Source: Blastocatellia bacterium | Lineage (GTDB): Bacteria > Acidobacteriota > Blastocatellia > UBA7656 | DNA: 64,000 bases | Assembly: GCA_963765495.1 (NCBI GenBank) | Contig: CAVXWP010000003.1 | Coordinates: 224,001 to 288,000, forward strand | Direction: 5' to 3' | Shown here: positions 50,401 to 58,254 of the stretch, one piece after another | Layout of the letters: each line of letters starts with the position of its first letter | Position numbering within the stretch: the stretch's first letter is position 1 | Program-made: the position numbers and the translations under genes | Notes under the pieces: generated by a model | Seen by the model: only the letters and a program-made list of their open reading frames with translations | Databases searched by the model: none | Told to the model about the DNA's origin: nothing

Positions 50401-50798
50401 GTTTCCGTGTCGCGGTTGGATGTGAAAAGCACCTGCTTGCCGTCGGGCGTCCATCCTCTCAGGGAATCAGTTGCCGGATGATATGTAAGCCGTCGCGGCA
50501 CGCCTCCCGTGGCGGCGACTACGTAGACATCTACGTTGCCGTCGTATTCGCCCGTGAAGGCGATCCAGTTGCCGTCGGGCGAAAAGAGAGGATAGGTCTC
50601 GTTGCCGGTGCCCGCGGTCAGGCGCACAGCTTCCCCGCCTTCGCGGCTGACGATCCACAAATCGCCCGCGTAGGAGAAGGCTATCTGAGTCTTGCTCAGA
50701 GTAGGGTTGCGCATCAACAGCGGTTTGTTTGTCTGTCCAAAGCCGACACAGGCCAGGGCCAATAAGAGAGCCAGGGTCATTATCGTTTTTTTCATCAA
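47478..50798 (-). CDS. Tricorn protease (S41; beta-propellers + PDZ), copy 2
   Basis: IAFSYAGDLW, RRLTYHP, WKHYRGG, IDERFNGGG, AGSGGD, GKRTWGG, ENHGVDPDI, DPQLEKAV. Confidence 0.95.
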   Translation of the reverse strand: MMKKTIMTLALLLALACVGFGQTNKPLLMRNPTLSKTQIAFSYAGDLWIVSREGGEAVRLTAGTGNETYPLFSPDGNWIAFTGEYDGNVDVYVVAATGGVPRRLTYHPATDSLRGWTPDGKQVLFTSNRDTETGRTAQLYTMPIDGVFPTAVPLPMAYEGSYSADGTHLAYVPLPRAFNAWKHYRGGMAAPVWIANLSDSSVEKLPREDSNDFNPMWIGNRVYFLSDRDNQITLFAYDTATKKVTELIENNGLDIKSASAGPDAIVYEQFGSVNLYDLNSGKTRKVNITINGDMLSVRPKHEKVAKQITNATISPTGARAVFEARGEILTVPAEKGNARDLTNTTGVAERDPAWSPDGKWIAYFSDESGEYALHLRSQTGMGEVKKLSLGNPPSFFYGPTWSPDSKKIAYTDKRLNLWYIDIDKGTPVKVDNSPRGASYSQNWSPDSRWIVYSKPVQSWYRAVFIYSLESGKTQQVTDGLSDATSPVFDKSGKYIYFTASTDIGPAVFGFDMTSYPHHPTRSVYVCVLKKDLPSPIAPESDEEKVTEEKPSDTIKAESQEGEKSDQEGEKKADAASGQAKPGDKKEPPKVVIDFDRINQRILALPIPARNFVALTAGKPGTIFLAELLPPAPGVNGAVLHKFDLEKRKLDKVVEGISSFDISANGEKMLFRQGPNWFIAATSQPLKPGEGKINTDEMEVYVDPRAEWDQMYRETWRIERDFFYDPHYHGLDLQATSKKYEPYLNSLAHRADLNYLFQEMLGELTIGHLYVSGGDVPDPERVKGGLLGADFRIENGRYRFAHIYDGENWNPELRAPLTQPGVNVQEGEYLLAVNGRDITSAENVYQFFEATANKQVVIRVGPNADGSNSREVTVVPVDNEGGLRYLAWIESNRRKVDQMSGGKLAYVHLPNTAQGGYTNFNRYYFSQLDKQGAVIDERFNGGGHAADYIIDYLRKPLMSYWAVRDGDDFRQPFGTMPGPKAMLVNQYAGSGGDYMPWMFRRAGIGPLIGKRTWGGLVGIGGYPQLIDGGSVTAPHFAFYSPEGKWEIENHGVDPDIEVEMDPKAWREGHDPQLEKAVEVVMEALKKNPPKTPKRPAYPNYHNGNSKP

Positions 50799-50843
50799 TA
50801 TTTCTCCTGCAAACAGACCGCCGGGCGATCTGCGAGTTCGGTT

Positions 50844-53800
50844 TTACTGATTAGCTCCGCGCCCCGTGTGATAGTTCGGATAAGCGGGCCTCTTATGTTC
50901 AGGGCGGGGATTCTTCTTCAAATCCTCCAACAACACTTCGACAGCCTTTTCAAGCTGCGGATCACGGCCCGAACGCCACGCCGCCGGATCATATTCGACT
51001 TCGATGTCGGGCGCAACGCCGTGATTTTCGACTTCCCAGTCGCCGTTCAATCCATAGATGGCCGCGTCCGGCGCAGTCACAATGCCGCCGTCCATCAACT
51101 GAGGCATGGGAAAGGCCGCGACCAGTCCGCCCCACGTCCGCTTGCCGATGAGCTGGCCTATCTGCATCTTGCGGAAGTACCACGGCAGGGCATCGCCACC
51201 CGACCCGGCAAGCTCGTTTACAAGCATCGCCTTCGGGCCGTATATCGCGCCGAGCGGGGTGGGTATGTCTCTGCCGTCGCGGAAGGCGATAAAGTTCAAA
51301 AGCGGGCGGCTCAGATATTCGACTATATAATCGGCCAGCGCCCCGCCCGAATTGAATCGCTCGTCAATGACCGCGCCTTCCTTTTGAGACTGCGCGAAGA
51401 AATAGCGATTGAAGCTGTCATAACCGCTGCCCCCTGTATTTGGCACATAAACGTATGCCAGCCGTCCGCCGCTCATCTGATCCACCTTGCGGCGATTCGA
51501 CTCGACCCAGTCGAGGTTGCGAAGCGCCGTCTCGCTTGCCATCGGCACGACGGTCACCTCACGCGAGTTCGAGCCGTCCGCGTTTGGGCCTACGCGGATG
51601 ACGGTCTGCTTGTTTGCCTTCGCTTCAAAGAAAGCGTAGACATTATCGGTCGAGCGCACGTCGCGCCCGTTTACCGCAAGCAGGTATTCGCCCGCTTTTA
51701 CGGTTACGCCGGGCTGCGTGAGCGGGGCGCGAAGCTGGGGATTCCAGCTTTCGCCGTTGTAAATCTTCGCGAAGCGATAGCGCCCGTTCTCTATGGTGTA
51801 ATCGCAGCCGAGCAATCCGCCGGGTACGAAATCCGGGTGCGGCTCATCGCCTCCTATGATAAACATGTGACCGATGGTCAACTGATTCAGCATCTCGCGG
51901 AAGAGATAACTGAGGTCGCTGCGATGAGCCACGCCTGCCAGATAGGGCTCGTATTGCTTCTTAAACGCTTCGAGGTTCAACCCGTGCAGACCCGGATCAT
52001 AAAAGAAATCGCGCTCGCCGCGCCATACTTCGTTGTACATCTGACGCCATTCGGCCTGCGGGTCAACATAGACTTCCATCTCTGCGACCTTCAGCATGCC
52101 CTCGCCCGGTTTCGGGGGTTGCCCGGTCGGTGCGATCATCCAGTTCGGCCCCATACCGACCAGCATCTTCTCGCCGTTGTGCGAGATGTCGAACGCGCTG
52201 ATTTTATCGAATACCTTTTCAAGCTTTCGTTTTTCGAGATCGAATTTATAAAGCGTGAAACCGGGCGGGCCGGGAGGAGCCGTGGGCAGAACCGGGGCCG
52301 GTTCCAACAGAAATATCGTGCCCGCTTTTCCAGCGACAAGCCCTGTAAAGTTGCGCGCCGGAACGGGCAGAGCCACTATGCGCTGGCTGATGCCTTCAAG
52401 ATCAATGCGCACTGGGTCGGGCTCTTTCGCGCCCGCTTCTTTCGCGCCCGCCTTACCGGCTGCCGGATTTGAAGGCGCGGCATCAAGCTTCTTCTCTCCC
52501 GCGCCTTTCTCTTCCTGAATCTTCTCTTCATCGCTTTCGGGCGCGACAGGCGAAGCCAGATCATCGGGCAGCACTATCGCGTAAACGCTGCGTGTTGATT
52601 GATGCGGGAAGGTGGACATCTCGGCAAAGCTGAAGGCCGGGCCGAGATTTGTGCTCGCGGTGAAATAGATATATTTGCCGCTCTTATCGAAGGCTGCGAA
52701 TCGCGCATCGCTCATCCCGTCGGTCAGTTGATGAAACTTGCCCGTTTCAAGCGAATAGACAAAGACCGCCCGCAGATGATTATCGACCTGCCTTGTGTAT
52801 CCTATCCACCGGCTGTCGGGCGACCAGAACGGCTGCATCACGCCGTTATTCAAGCCGTCGGGATTCTTGTCAATTTTTACGGGTGCGCCTTTTTCAAGCT
52901 CGATGTACCAGAGGTTCAGCTTCTTATCGAAATACGCGATCTTTTTACTATCGGGCGACCACGTAGGCGAGAAATAAAATGAAGGGGTTCCGAGGTTGAT
53001 CTTTCGGACATCGCCCATTCCCGATTGATCGCGCAGGTGCAGAGCGTATTCGCCCGACTCGTCTGAAAAATAGGCGATCCATTTTCCATCAGGCGACCAG
53101 GCCGGGTCGCGCTCCATCACGCCCGTGGTTTTTGTCAGGTTGCGGGGGTCGCCTTTCTCGGCAGGCACGCTAATGATTTCGCCCCGCGCCTCAAATACGG
53201 CCCGCGCACCCGTAGGCGAAAGACCCGCGTTCCTTATCTGCGAGCCGACCTTTTCATAATGCGGGCGCAGCGCAACCAGATCGCCAGCCACGCGAATCTC
53301 CATCTTTTGCGACTTGTTTGTCTTAAGATCGAAGAGGTAAATCGCTCCAAACTGTTCGTAGACGATAACGCCCGGTCCCGCCGATGCCGATTTGATGTCG
53401 AGCCCGCTGTTTTGAATCAGTTGAGTCACTTTCCTGTTCGACAGGTCATAGCAATACAGACTGACAGGACCGTCGCGGTCCGAGAGAAAATATATACGGT
53501 CTTCGATCCACATCGGGTGGGAATCGTTCGAGTTTTCGCGCGGGAGCTTTTCTATGCTCGAATCCTTGAGGCTGGCTATCCATATCGGAGATGTCTGTCC
53601 GCCGCGATAACGCTTCCAATCCGGTTGCCATTGCGACAACGGCTGATAAGCTATGCGCGCCCCGTCGGGCGAATAGACTCCTTCTTGCGCCATCGGCAGG
53701 GGCAGTTCTTCGGGGAATCCGCCATCCACAGAGACCGTAAAGAGGCGATTGTAAAAGGAGGTGCTCTTGCGCGTCGAACGAAATAGTACGCGCTTGCCGT

Positions 53801-54152
53801 CGGGCGTCCATCCGACCGCCTCATCAGCCCCCGGATGATATGTAAGACGTCGCGGCACGCCACCCACGGCGGCGACCACGTAAACATCTACGTTGCCGTC
53901 GTACTGGCCCGTGAAGGCGATCCATTTACCATCGGGGGAAAAGCTGGGATCGGTTTCGATGCCTACGCCTGTGGTCAATTGCGTTGCATCGCGACCGTCA
54001 CGACTGACTATCCACAAATCACCGGCATACGAAAAGACTATGTGAGTCCGACTCACCGCCGGCTCTTGCAGCAGCAGGGGTCTGTCGCCTTGCGCAAGCG
54101 CACTCGTGCTTGCCAAAAACAACAGCGAGAACAAAAAGAAGACTCGCCTCAT
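50844..54152 (-). CDS. Tricorn protease (S41), copy 1
   Basis: Same motif set: IVFSYAGDLW, WKRYRGG, IDERFNSGG, AGSGGD, GKRTWGG, ENHGVAPDI. Confidence 0.95.
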   Translation of the reverse strand: MRRVFFLFSLLFLASTSALAQGDRPLLLQEPAVSRTHIVFSYAGDLWIVSRDGRDATQLTTGVGIETDPSFSPDGKWIAFTGQYDGNVDVYVVAAVGGVPRRLTYHPGADEAVGWTPDGKRVLFRSTRKSTSFYNRLFTVSVDGGFPEELPLPMAQEGVYSPDGARIAYQPLSQWQPDWKRYRGGQTSPIWIASLKDSSIEKLPRENSNDSHPMWIEDRIYFLSDRDGPVSLYCYDLSNRKVTQLIQNSGLDIKSASAGPGVIVYEQFGAIYLFDLKTNKSQKMEIRVAGDLVALRPHYEKVGSQIRNAGLSPTGARAVFEARGEIISVPAEKGDPRNLTKTTGVMERDPAWSPDGKWIAYFSDESGEYALHLRDQSGMGDVRKINLGTPSFYFSPTWSPDSKKIAYFDKKLNLWYIELEKGAPVKIDKNPDGLNNGVMQPFWSPDSRWIGYTRQVDNHLRAVFVYSLETGKFHQLTDGMSDARFAAFDKSGKYIYFTASTNLGPAFSFAEMSTFPHQSTRSVYAIVLPDDLASPVAPESDEEKIQEEKGAGEKKLDAAPSNPAAGKAGAKEAGAKEPDPVRIDLEGISQRIVALPVPARNFTGLVAGKAGTIFLLEPAPVLPTAPPGPPGFTLYKFDLEKRKLEKVFDKISAFDISHNGEKMLVGMGPNWMIAPTGQPPKPGEGMLKVAEMEVYVDPQAEWRQMYNEVWRGERDFFYDPGLHGLNLEAFKKQYEPYLAGVAHRSDLSYLFREMLNQLTIGHMFIIGGDEPHPDFVPGGLLGCDYTIENGRYRFAKIYNGESWNPQLRAPLTQPGVTVKAGEYLLAVNGRDVRSTDNVYAFFEAKANKQTVIRVGPNADGSNSREVTVVPMASETALRNLDWVESNRRKVDQMSGGRLAYVYVPNTGGSGYDSFNRYFFAQSQKEGAVIDERFNSGGALADYIVEYLSRPLLNFIAFRDGRDIPTPLGAIYGPKAMLVNELAGSGGDALPWYFRKMQIGQLIGKRTWGGLVAAFPMPQLMDGGIVTAPDAAIYGLNGDWEVENHGVAPDIEVEYDPAAWRSGRDPQLEKAVEVLLEDLKKNPRPEHKRPAYPNYHTGRGANQ

Positions 54153-54246
54153 TACGATAAGCTCCTTTTCAAGGCTTTATGTAAATCACGGAAGACCTGT
54201 AAGGATATTCAACGTACAGGCTTTTGAGCAAGTTCAATCGGAAGAA

Positions 54247-54410
54247 GGGGACCGAGGGCCGAGGGCCGGGGGTCGGTGATTAGGTACCCAGTTAATCAAG
54301 TTGATTGATCTTGTGCCGACTCGTATTTGAAATCTCAAATCTCAGATTTCAGATTAACAGAAGATATCAATGCTCGATCACCGGCCCCCGGCCCCTGGCC
54401 CCTGGCCCCC
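54247..54410. repeat. Nested palindromic element: GGGGCCG/A heptamer arms enclosing an AATCTCA heptamer patch
   Basis: ggggaccgagggccgagggccgggggtcggtgat ... atcaccggcccccggcccctggcccctggcccc. Confidence 0.75.
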
Positions 54411-54579
54411 ATGTTGTAAATAGACTTTCCATTGCCGGTACTTTATTTCCATTTTTCTTGGGAAATTTGTAGCCATATAATTTTCACGTTTCCCATGTCG
54501 GGTGAGAATATCGCGGAAATTTCCTCAGAAAGCCATTTATTAACTCGTTGCTTAATAGAAAGATTTCGGGATAGGGTAA

Positions 54580-54595
54580 TGGCATACGGCGTGCA
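54580..54595 (+). promoter_or_regulatory. Putative sigma54 -24/-12 promoter of the YVTN surface protein gene
   Basis: TGGCATACGGCGTGCA: GG-N10-GC, preceded by an AT-rich tract. Confidence 0.5.
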
Positions 54596-54835
54596 GTAAT
54601 AACCAAACTACGTTGTATTGATACTTCTTTAATTAATGCTATAGAGGCCGACCGGGTGTGAGTGCTATCTAAATTAAGTTCCGGTCAGAGCTTCTAAATC
54701 GAGGGCTGTCGAGCAAGAGGTCAGAGGGTAACACGGTATCTCAGTACAAATCGCCTGGGATTTCGAGGACAGGACAGGCTCGTTGAACAAATCAGAGGAG
54801 GCCGGGAGTGCCCCGCCCCGGCAGAGGTGAGATTA

Positions 54836-57040
54836 ATGAAAAAATTTGGCGTCCCCGTGCGCGTTTTCGCGCTCGTGTTGCTGCTTGCGCTCGTAATGTT
54901 TTTGTCCTTCTTTCCCTCGCGCTCTAAATCGGTTGCTATCGCCCAGAGTGTTACACCGACGGGCGTGGTCACAGAGCTTGCGATTGATGACGGCGAATCG
55001 CTTTGCGTCGCCGGTCCCTCTCTTAAAGGCATACCGGGTTTCGGCTGGGTCAACAAGCTGACCCCTACAACTTATCCTGCTACGTTGCGGGCCATCACGA
55101 TAGGTTTCAACCGCCAGCAATCAGGGGCCGACACCGATGAGCTTTATCGCATAGTCGCCTACAGAGACCCTGAAAGCGATGGTCCGTCCCCCGGTCAGGA
55201 ACCGGATATCTCTTTTATCGCCCGCGCTCACGGGATGGAGATTTTTACTACTTTTACCCTGCTTACACCGCTCAAGATTGATAGCGGCAGCTTTGTCGTA
55301 GGCGCGATTGACGTGTTTGGAGAGGCTGATTTCCCCGCCTTTTTCGATATTCCCGGCAAATCCAATCCGCCGGGCAGCGATTCGTTTCTCACTTTTTCTC
55401 AGGGACATGATTGGACGCCCCTCTCCGAAGCATTTGCCGGTAACGACCCCGACACCTGCCACGCGCCCGGTAGCTGGCTGATACGCGCTACCGTTGAAAC
55501 GGACCCGGTTGATTCCGTAGGCGAGCAGGCGGTAATAAAAGACCCGCTTGCCAAAGAGCCGTGGGCGGCAGCCGTCACCAACTTCAACGTCATAGAAGGG
55601 GCCGACACGGGGCCACGGACTGATGTTGTTGTTACCAATTACGTTTCCGACAACCTGACGATCATAAATACGTCCGACAATTCATTCGAGAATCTTTCTG
55701 TAGGTGACGGGCCGGGGGGCACGCCTGACGGACCCTTCGGAGTCGTGAGCAGTAGCGCAGGCAATAAGGTCTATGTTACGTTGTTCGGGTCCAATACCAT
55801 CCCCTCAAAAGAATTCCCGCCCGATTTTTCTTCCCTCGAACCGGGTCGCGTGCTTGTGCTTTTCAGAGACGCGGACGGCGGATTCAGGCGTTCGGTTGTT
55901 TCATTTGTGGGCGACGGGCCGGGATTTCCTGCGCTCTCGTTAAATGATTTGAAGCTCTATGTCCCGTGCGCCGGGGCGGATACGGTTGATGTGATAGACA
56001 CGGTGACCAATGTCAGAATCAACTCGATTACGGTCGGGCACAACCCTACAAGCTGCACGCTTTCAATCGACGGATCAAAACTCTATGTAACGAATTTCGG
56101 CGACGGGACTGTCACTGTCATCAACACCGCGACCGAGCAGAAGATAAAGGATATACCCGCGCCCGCCGTGGCCTTGCCGCAGGTCGAATCGCCGCCTTCG
56201 GGCGCAAACCCGTGGCAGGGGGCTATCTCAGGGTCGAACGGAAATCTTTACGTGACCTATTGGGGCACGACCGGCGACCAGACACCAAACGGCGCGATTG
56301 CTGAAATAGACACCTGCACAGATCAACTCAAACGCGTTATCGTCGAATCGGCGGCTACGGGTACGCCTGCCGGAAGCCCGGGAGCTACCGGCATCTCTGC
56401 GCCTACCGCGCCGCTCACACGTGATGCGGACACGGGCGCAACTTTAGAGGCAGGCGGGGGCGGGGGCGGCCCTTTCGGCATAGTGAATTGCCGGACGAGC
56501 AAACTGGACCTTAATCCGAATCTGTTTTTCACAAATGACGCATCAGGCTCTATCGGCTTGATCGATACGCGCACCGATCAGGCAATAACCGTTCTGACCT
56601 CGGAAATCAGCATGTGCCCGAAGCCCCGCTCGCTCGCCTGTAGAAAATCGGGCAGCGACAGTCTGCTATATATGCCGTGCGGCCAGCCGGAAAATTCCGT
56701 GCTCGTGGTCCGTGTCCCCGACATCAGTTCGTTTGTCGAGGTGCCGGGTCATCCCGTAATCGAATCGGTCAAGATAAAGAGCAATAAGCTGAAGATCAAA
56801 GGCATGAACTTTGTCAATAAGGCAAAGGTCGAAATCTTCTTGCCCGGCATCTGTCTGGCATTCACCAAAGAGGCCAAAGTCAAAAACGGCGGGACGATAA
56901 TCGTTCAGAAAGGGCCTGTCGGCGACGGTCGGACCGTCAAGGCCGCGCTTACCGGCGTCCCGACCCTGGTTATACGAGTGACCAATCCGAACGGCGAGAC
57001 CCAGATTTACACCCAGGTGTTGTTTAATACATTTCCCTAG
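54836..57040 (+). CDS. Secreted YncE/YVTN beta-propeller protein with C-terminal Lys-rich IPT-like domain
   Basis: Signal peptide; VVTNY, KVYVTL, KLYVTNFGDGTVTVINT, ITVGHNP; tail PVIESVKIKSNKLKIKGMNF...IRVTNPNG. Confidence 0.75.
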   Translation: MKKFGVPVRVFALVLLLALVMFLSFFPSRSKSVAIAQSVTPTGVVTELAIDDGESLCVAGPSLKGIPGFGWVNKLTPTTYPATLRAITIGFNRQQSGADTDELYRIVAYRDPESDGPSPGQEPDISFIARAHGMEIFTTFTLLTPLKIDSGSFVVGAIDVFGEADFPAFFDIPGKSNPPGSDSFLTFSQGHDWTPLSEAFAGNDPDTCHAPGSWLIRATVETDPVDSVGEQAVIKDPLAKEPWAAAVTNFNVIEGADTGPRTDVVVTNYVSDNLTIINTSDNSFENLSVGDGPGGTPDGPFGVVSSSAGNKVYVTLFGSNTIPSKEFPPDFSSLEPGRVLVLFRDADGGFRRSVVSFVGDGPGFPALSLNDLKLYVPCAGADTVDVIDTVTNVRINSITVGHNPTSCTLSIDGSKLYVTNFGDGTVTVINTATEQKIKDIPAPAVALPQVESPPSGANPWQGAISGSNGNLYVTYWGTTGDQTPNGAIAEIDTCTDQLKRVIVESAATGTPAGSPGATGISAPTAPLTRDADTGATLEAGGGGGGPFGIVNCRTSKLDLNPNLFFTNDASGSIGLIDTRTDQAITVLTSEISMCPKPRSLACRKSGSDSLLYMPCGQPENSVLVVRVPDISSFVEVPGHPVIESVKIKSNKLKIKGMNFVNKAKVEIFLPGICLAFTKEAKVKNGGTIIVQKGPVGDGRTVKAALTGVPTLVIRVTNPNGETQIYTQVLFNTFP

Positions 57041-57046
57041 TCTTTC

Positions 57047-57068
57047 AACCCCCGCAAACGCGGGGGCT
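57047..57068 (+). terminator. GC hairpin after the YVTN gene (possible terminator)
   Basis: CCCCCGC-AAAC-GCGGGGG; U-tract weak. Confidence 0.4.
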
Positions 57069-57150
57069 GAGTTGATTTGTTCGCCCTGACCCTTGCCCCA
57101 ATAATAAAAAAAAGGCCCATTGATTCTGTTGACAATTCGGCAGAATCAAT

Positions 57151-57195
57151 GGGTCAATGTATTGGGGGTCAATGTATTGGGGGTCAATGTATTGG
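57151..57195 (+). repeat. 3 x 15-bp perfect tandem repeat GGGTCAATGTATTGG
   Basis: Read directly; the last base overlaps the likely GTG start of the pseudouridine synthase. Confidence 0.95.
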
Positions 57196-58166
57196 TGAGT
57201 CAAAGTTTTTATTTCACGATCGGCGAAGAGAACGCGGGACTGAGGCTTGATGAATTCCTCTGGTCGCGTTTTGGCGGGCTCAGTCGCATGCGAATCGCCG
57301 GACTGATAACCGGGAACGCCTGCCGGGTCAATGACGGCGAGACGCAGGCCGGTTATCGCGTGGCGATTGGCGACCGGGTAGAGTTTACTCTTGATGAAGA
57401 GTTGCCAACCGCTATGAATCCCGAATCTCTCCCACTTGAAATCGTCTATGAAGACAGCTTTGTGGTCGTAGTCATCAAGCCTTCCGGCATGGTAGTCCAT
57501 CCGACAAAGACTGTCAGGCGGGGAACGCTTGCCAACGCGCTGGCCTACTATCTGAACAGAGATTTTTATGACTCCAAAGAGGGGCATACGGAGATGAGTC
57601 CTCCGGCTCACGGCGAGACGCATTCGCTTGTGAGGCCGGGCATAATTCACAGGCTCGACCGCGCAACATCGGGGCTTATGGTAGTGGCTAAAACGAATCG
57701 GGCTTTGAGCATTCTGTCACGCCATTTTCATAAGCGACTGGTAGAGAAAAGATACCTCGGCCTGATCCGGGGAAATTTCCCCGAAGAGCAGGGCAATATC
57801 TGCGCGCCCATCGGACGCGACCCCGACAGGCGGCCTCAATGGTGGGTGACGGAAAGCGGAAAACCGGCCGAAACCCGCTACCGTGTTCTGGAACGTTTTG
57901 AGCGGGCGGCGCTTGTCGAAATGGAACCCGTCACAGGCCGCACAAATCAGTTGCGAATACATTGCGCTTACATGGGCCATCCGATATTCGGGGAAGATTT
58001 GTATGCGAACGGGTGGGAAGATGAGTCGCTTTCCCCTCCTGCGCGATTGTGTCTACACGCCTCGCGGCTGGCTTTTCATCATCCGGCGTCGGGCGAGTGG
58101 CTGGAGTTCGATTCAATGTTGCCCGATGCTATCGCAGCCTTTATTGATGAGATACGCATCACGTGA
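57195..58166 (+). CDS. rluD: RluA-family pseudouridine synthase with S4 domain (RluD-like)
   Basis: LRLDEFL (S4), IVYED, KPSGMVVHP, RPGIIHRLDRATSGL (catalytic Asp), GRTNQLRIH, LHASRLAFHHP. Start uncertain. Confidence 0.85.
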   Translation: MSQSFYFTIGEENAGLRLDEFLWSRFGGLSRMRIAGLITGNACRVNDGETQAGYRVAIGDRVEFTLDEELPTAMNPESLPLEIVYEDSFVVVVIKPSGMVVHPTKTVRRGTLANALAYYLNRDFYDSKEGHTEMSPPAHGETHSLVRPGIIHRLDRATSGLMVVAKTNRALSILSRHFHKRLVEKRYLGLIRGNFPEEQGNICAPIGRDPDRRPQWWVTESGKPAETRYRVLERFERAALVEMEPVTGRTNQLRIHCAYMGHPIFGEDLYANGWEDESLSPPARLCLHASRLAFHHPASGEWLEFDSMLPDAIAAFIDEIRIT

Positions 58167-58254
58167 TGCGTGATGCGTGACTGTTGGGTAGATGGCTGTT
58201 AACAAGAAAGTGCTTACCTCATAAATCACGGATCACGGATCACGGATCACGTGA
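58156..58254. repeat. Heptamer palindrome (GTGATGC)n ... (GATCACG)n overlapping two convergent stop codons
   Basis: acgtgatgcgtgatgcgtga ... aatcacggatcacggatcacggatcacgt; same family as 39551..39653. Confidence 0.75.

Noticed and set aside
47730-52472. Long plus-strand ORFs (354 aa, 534 aa) that resemble each other
   Set aside because: Antisense shadows of the two tricorn paralogues; their similarity is inherited from the real genes.
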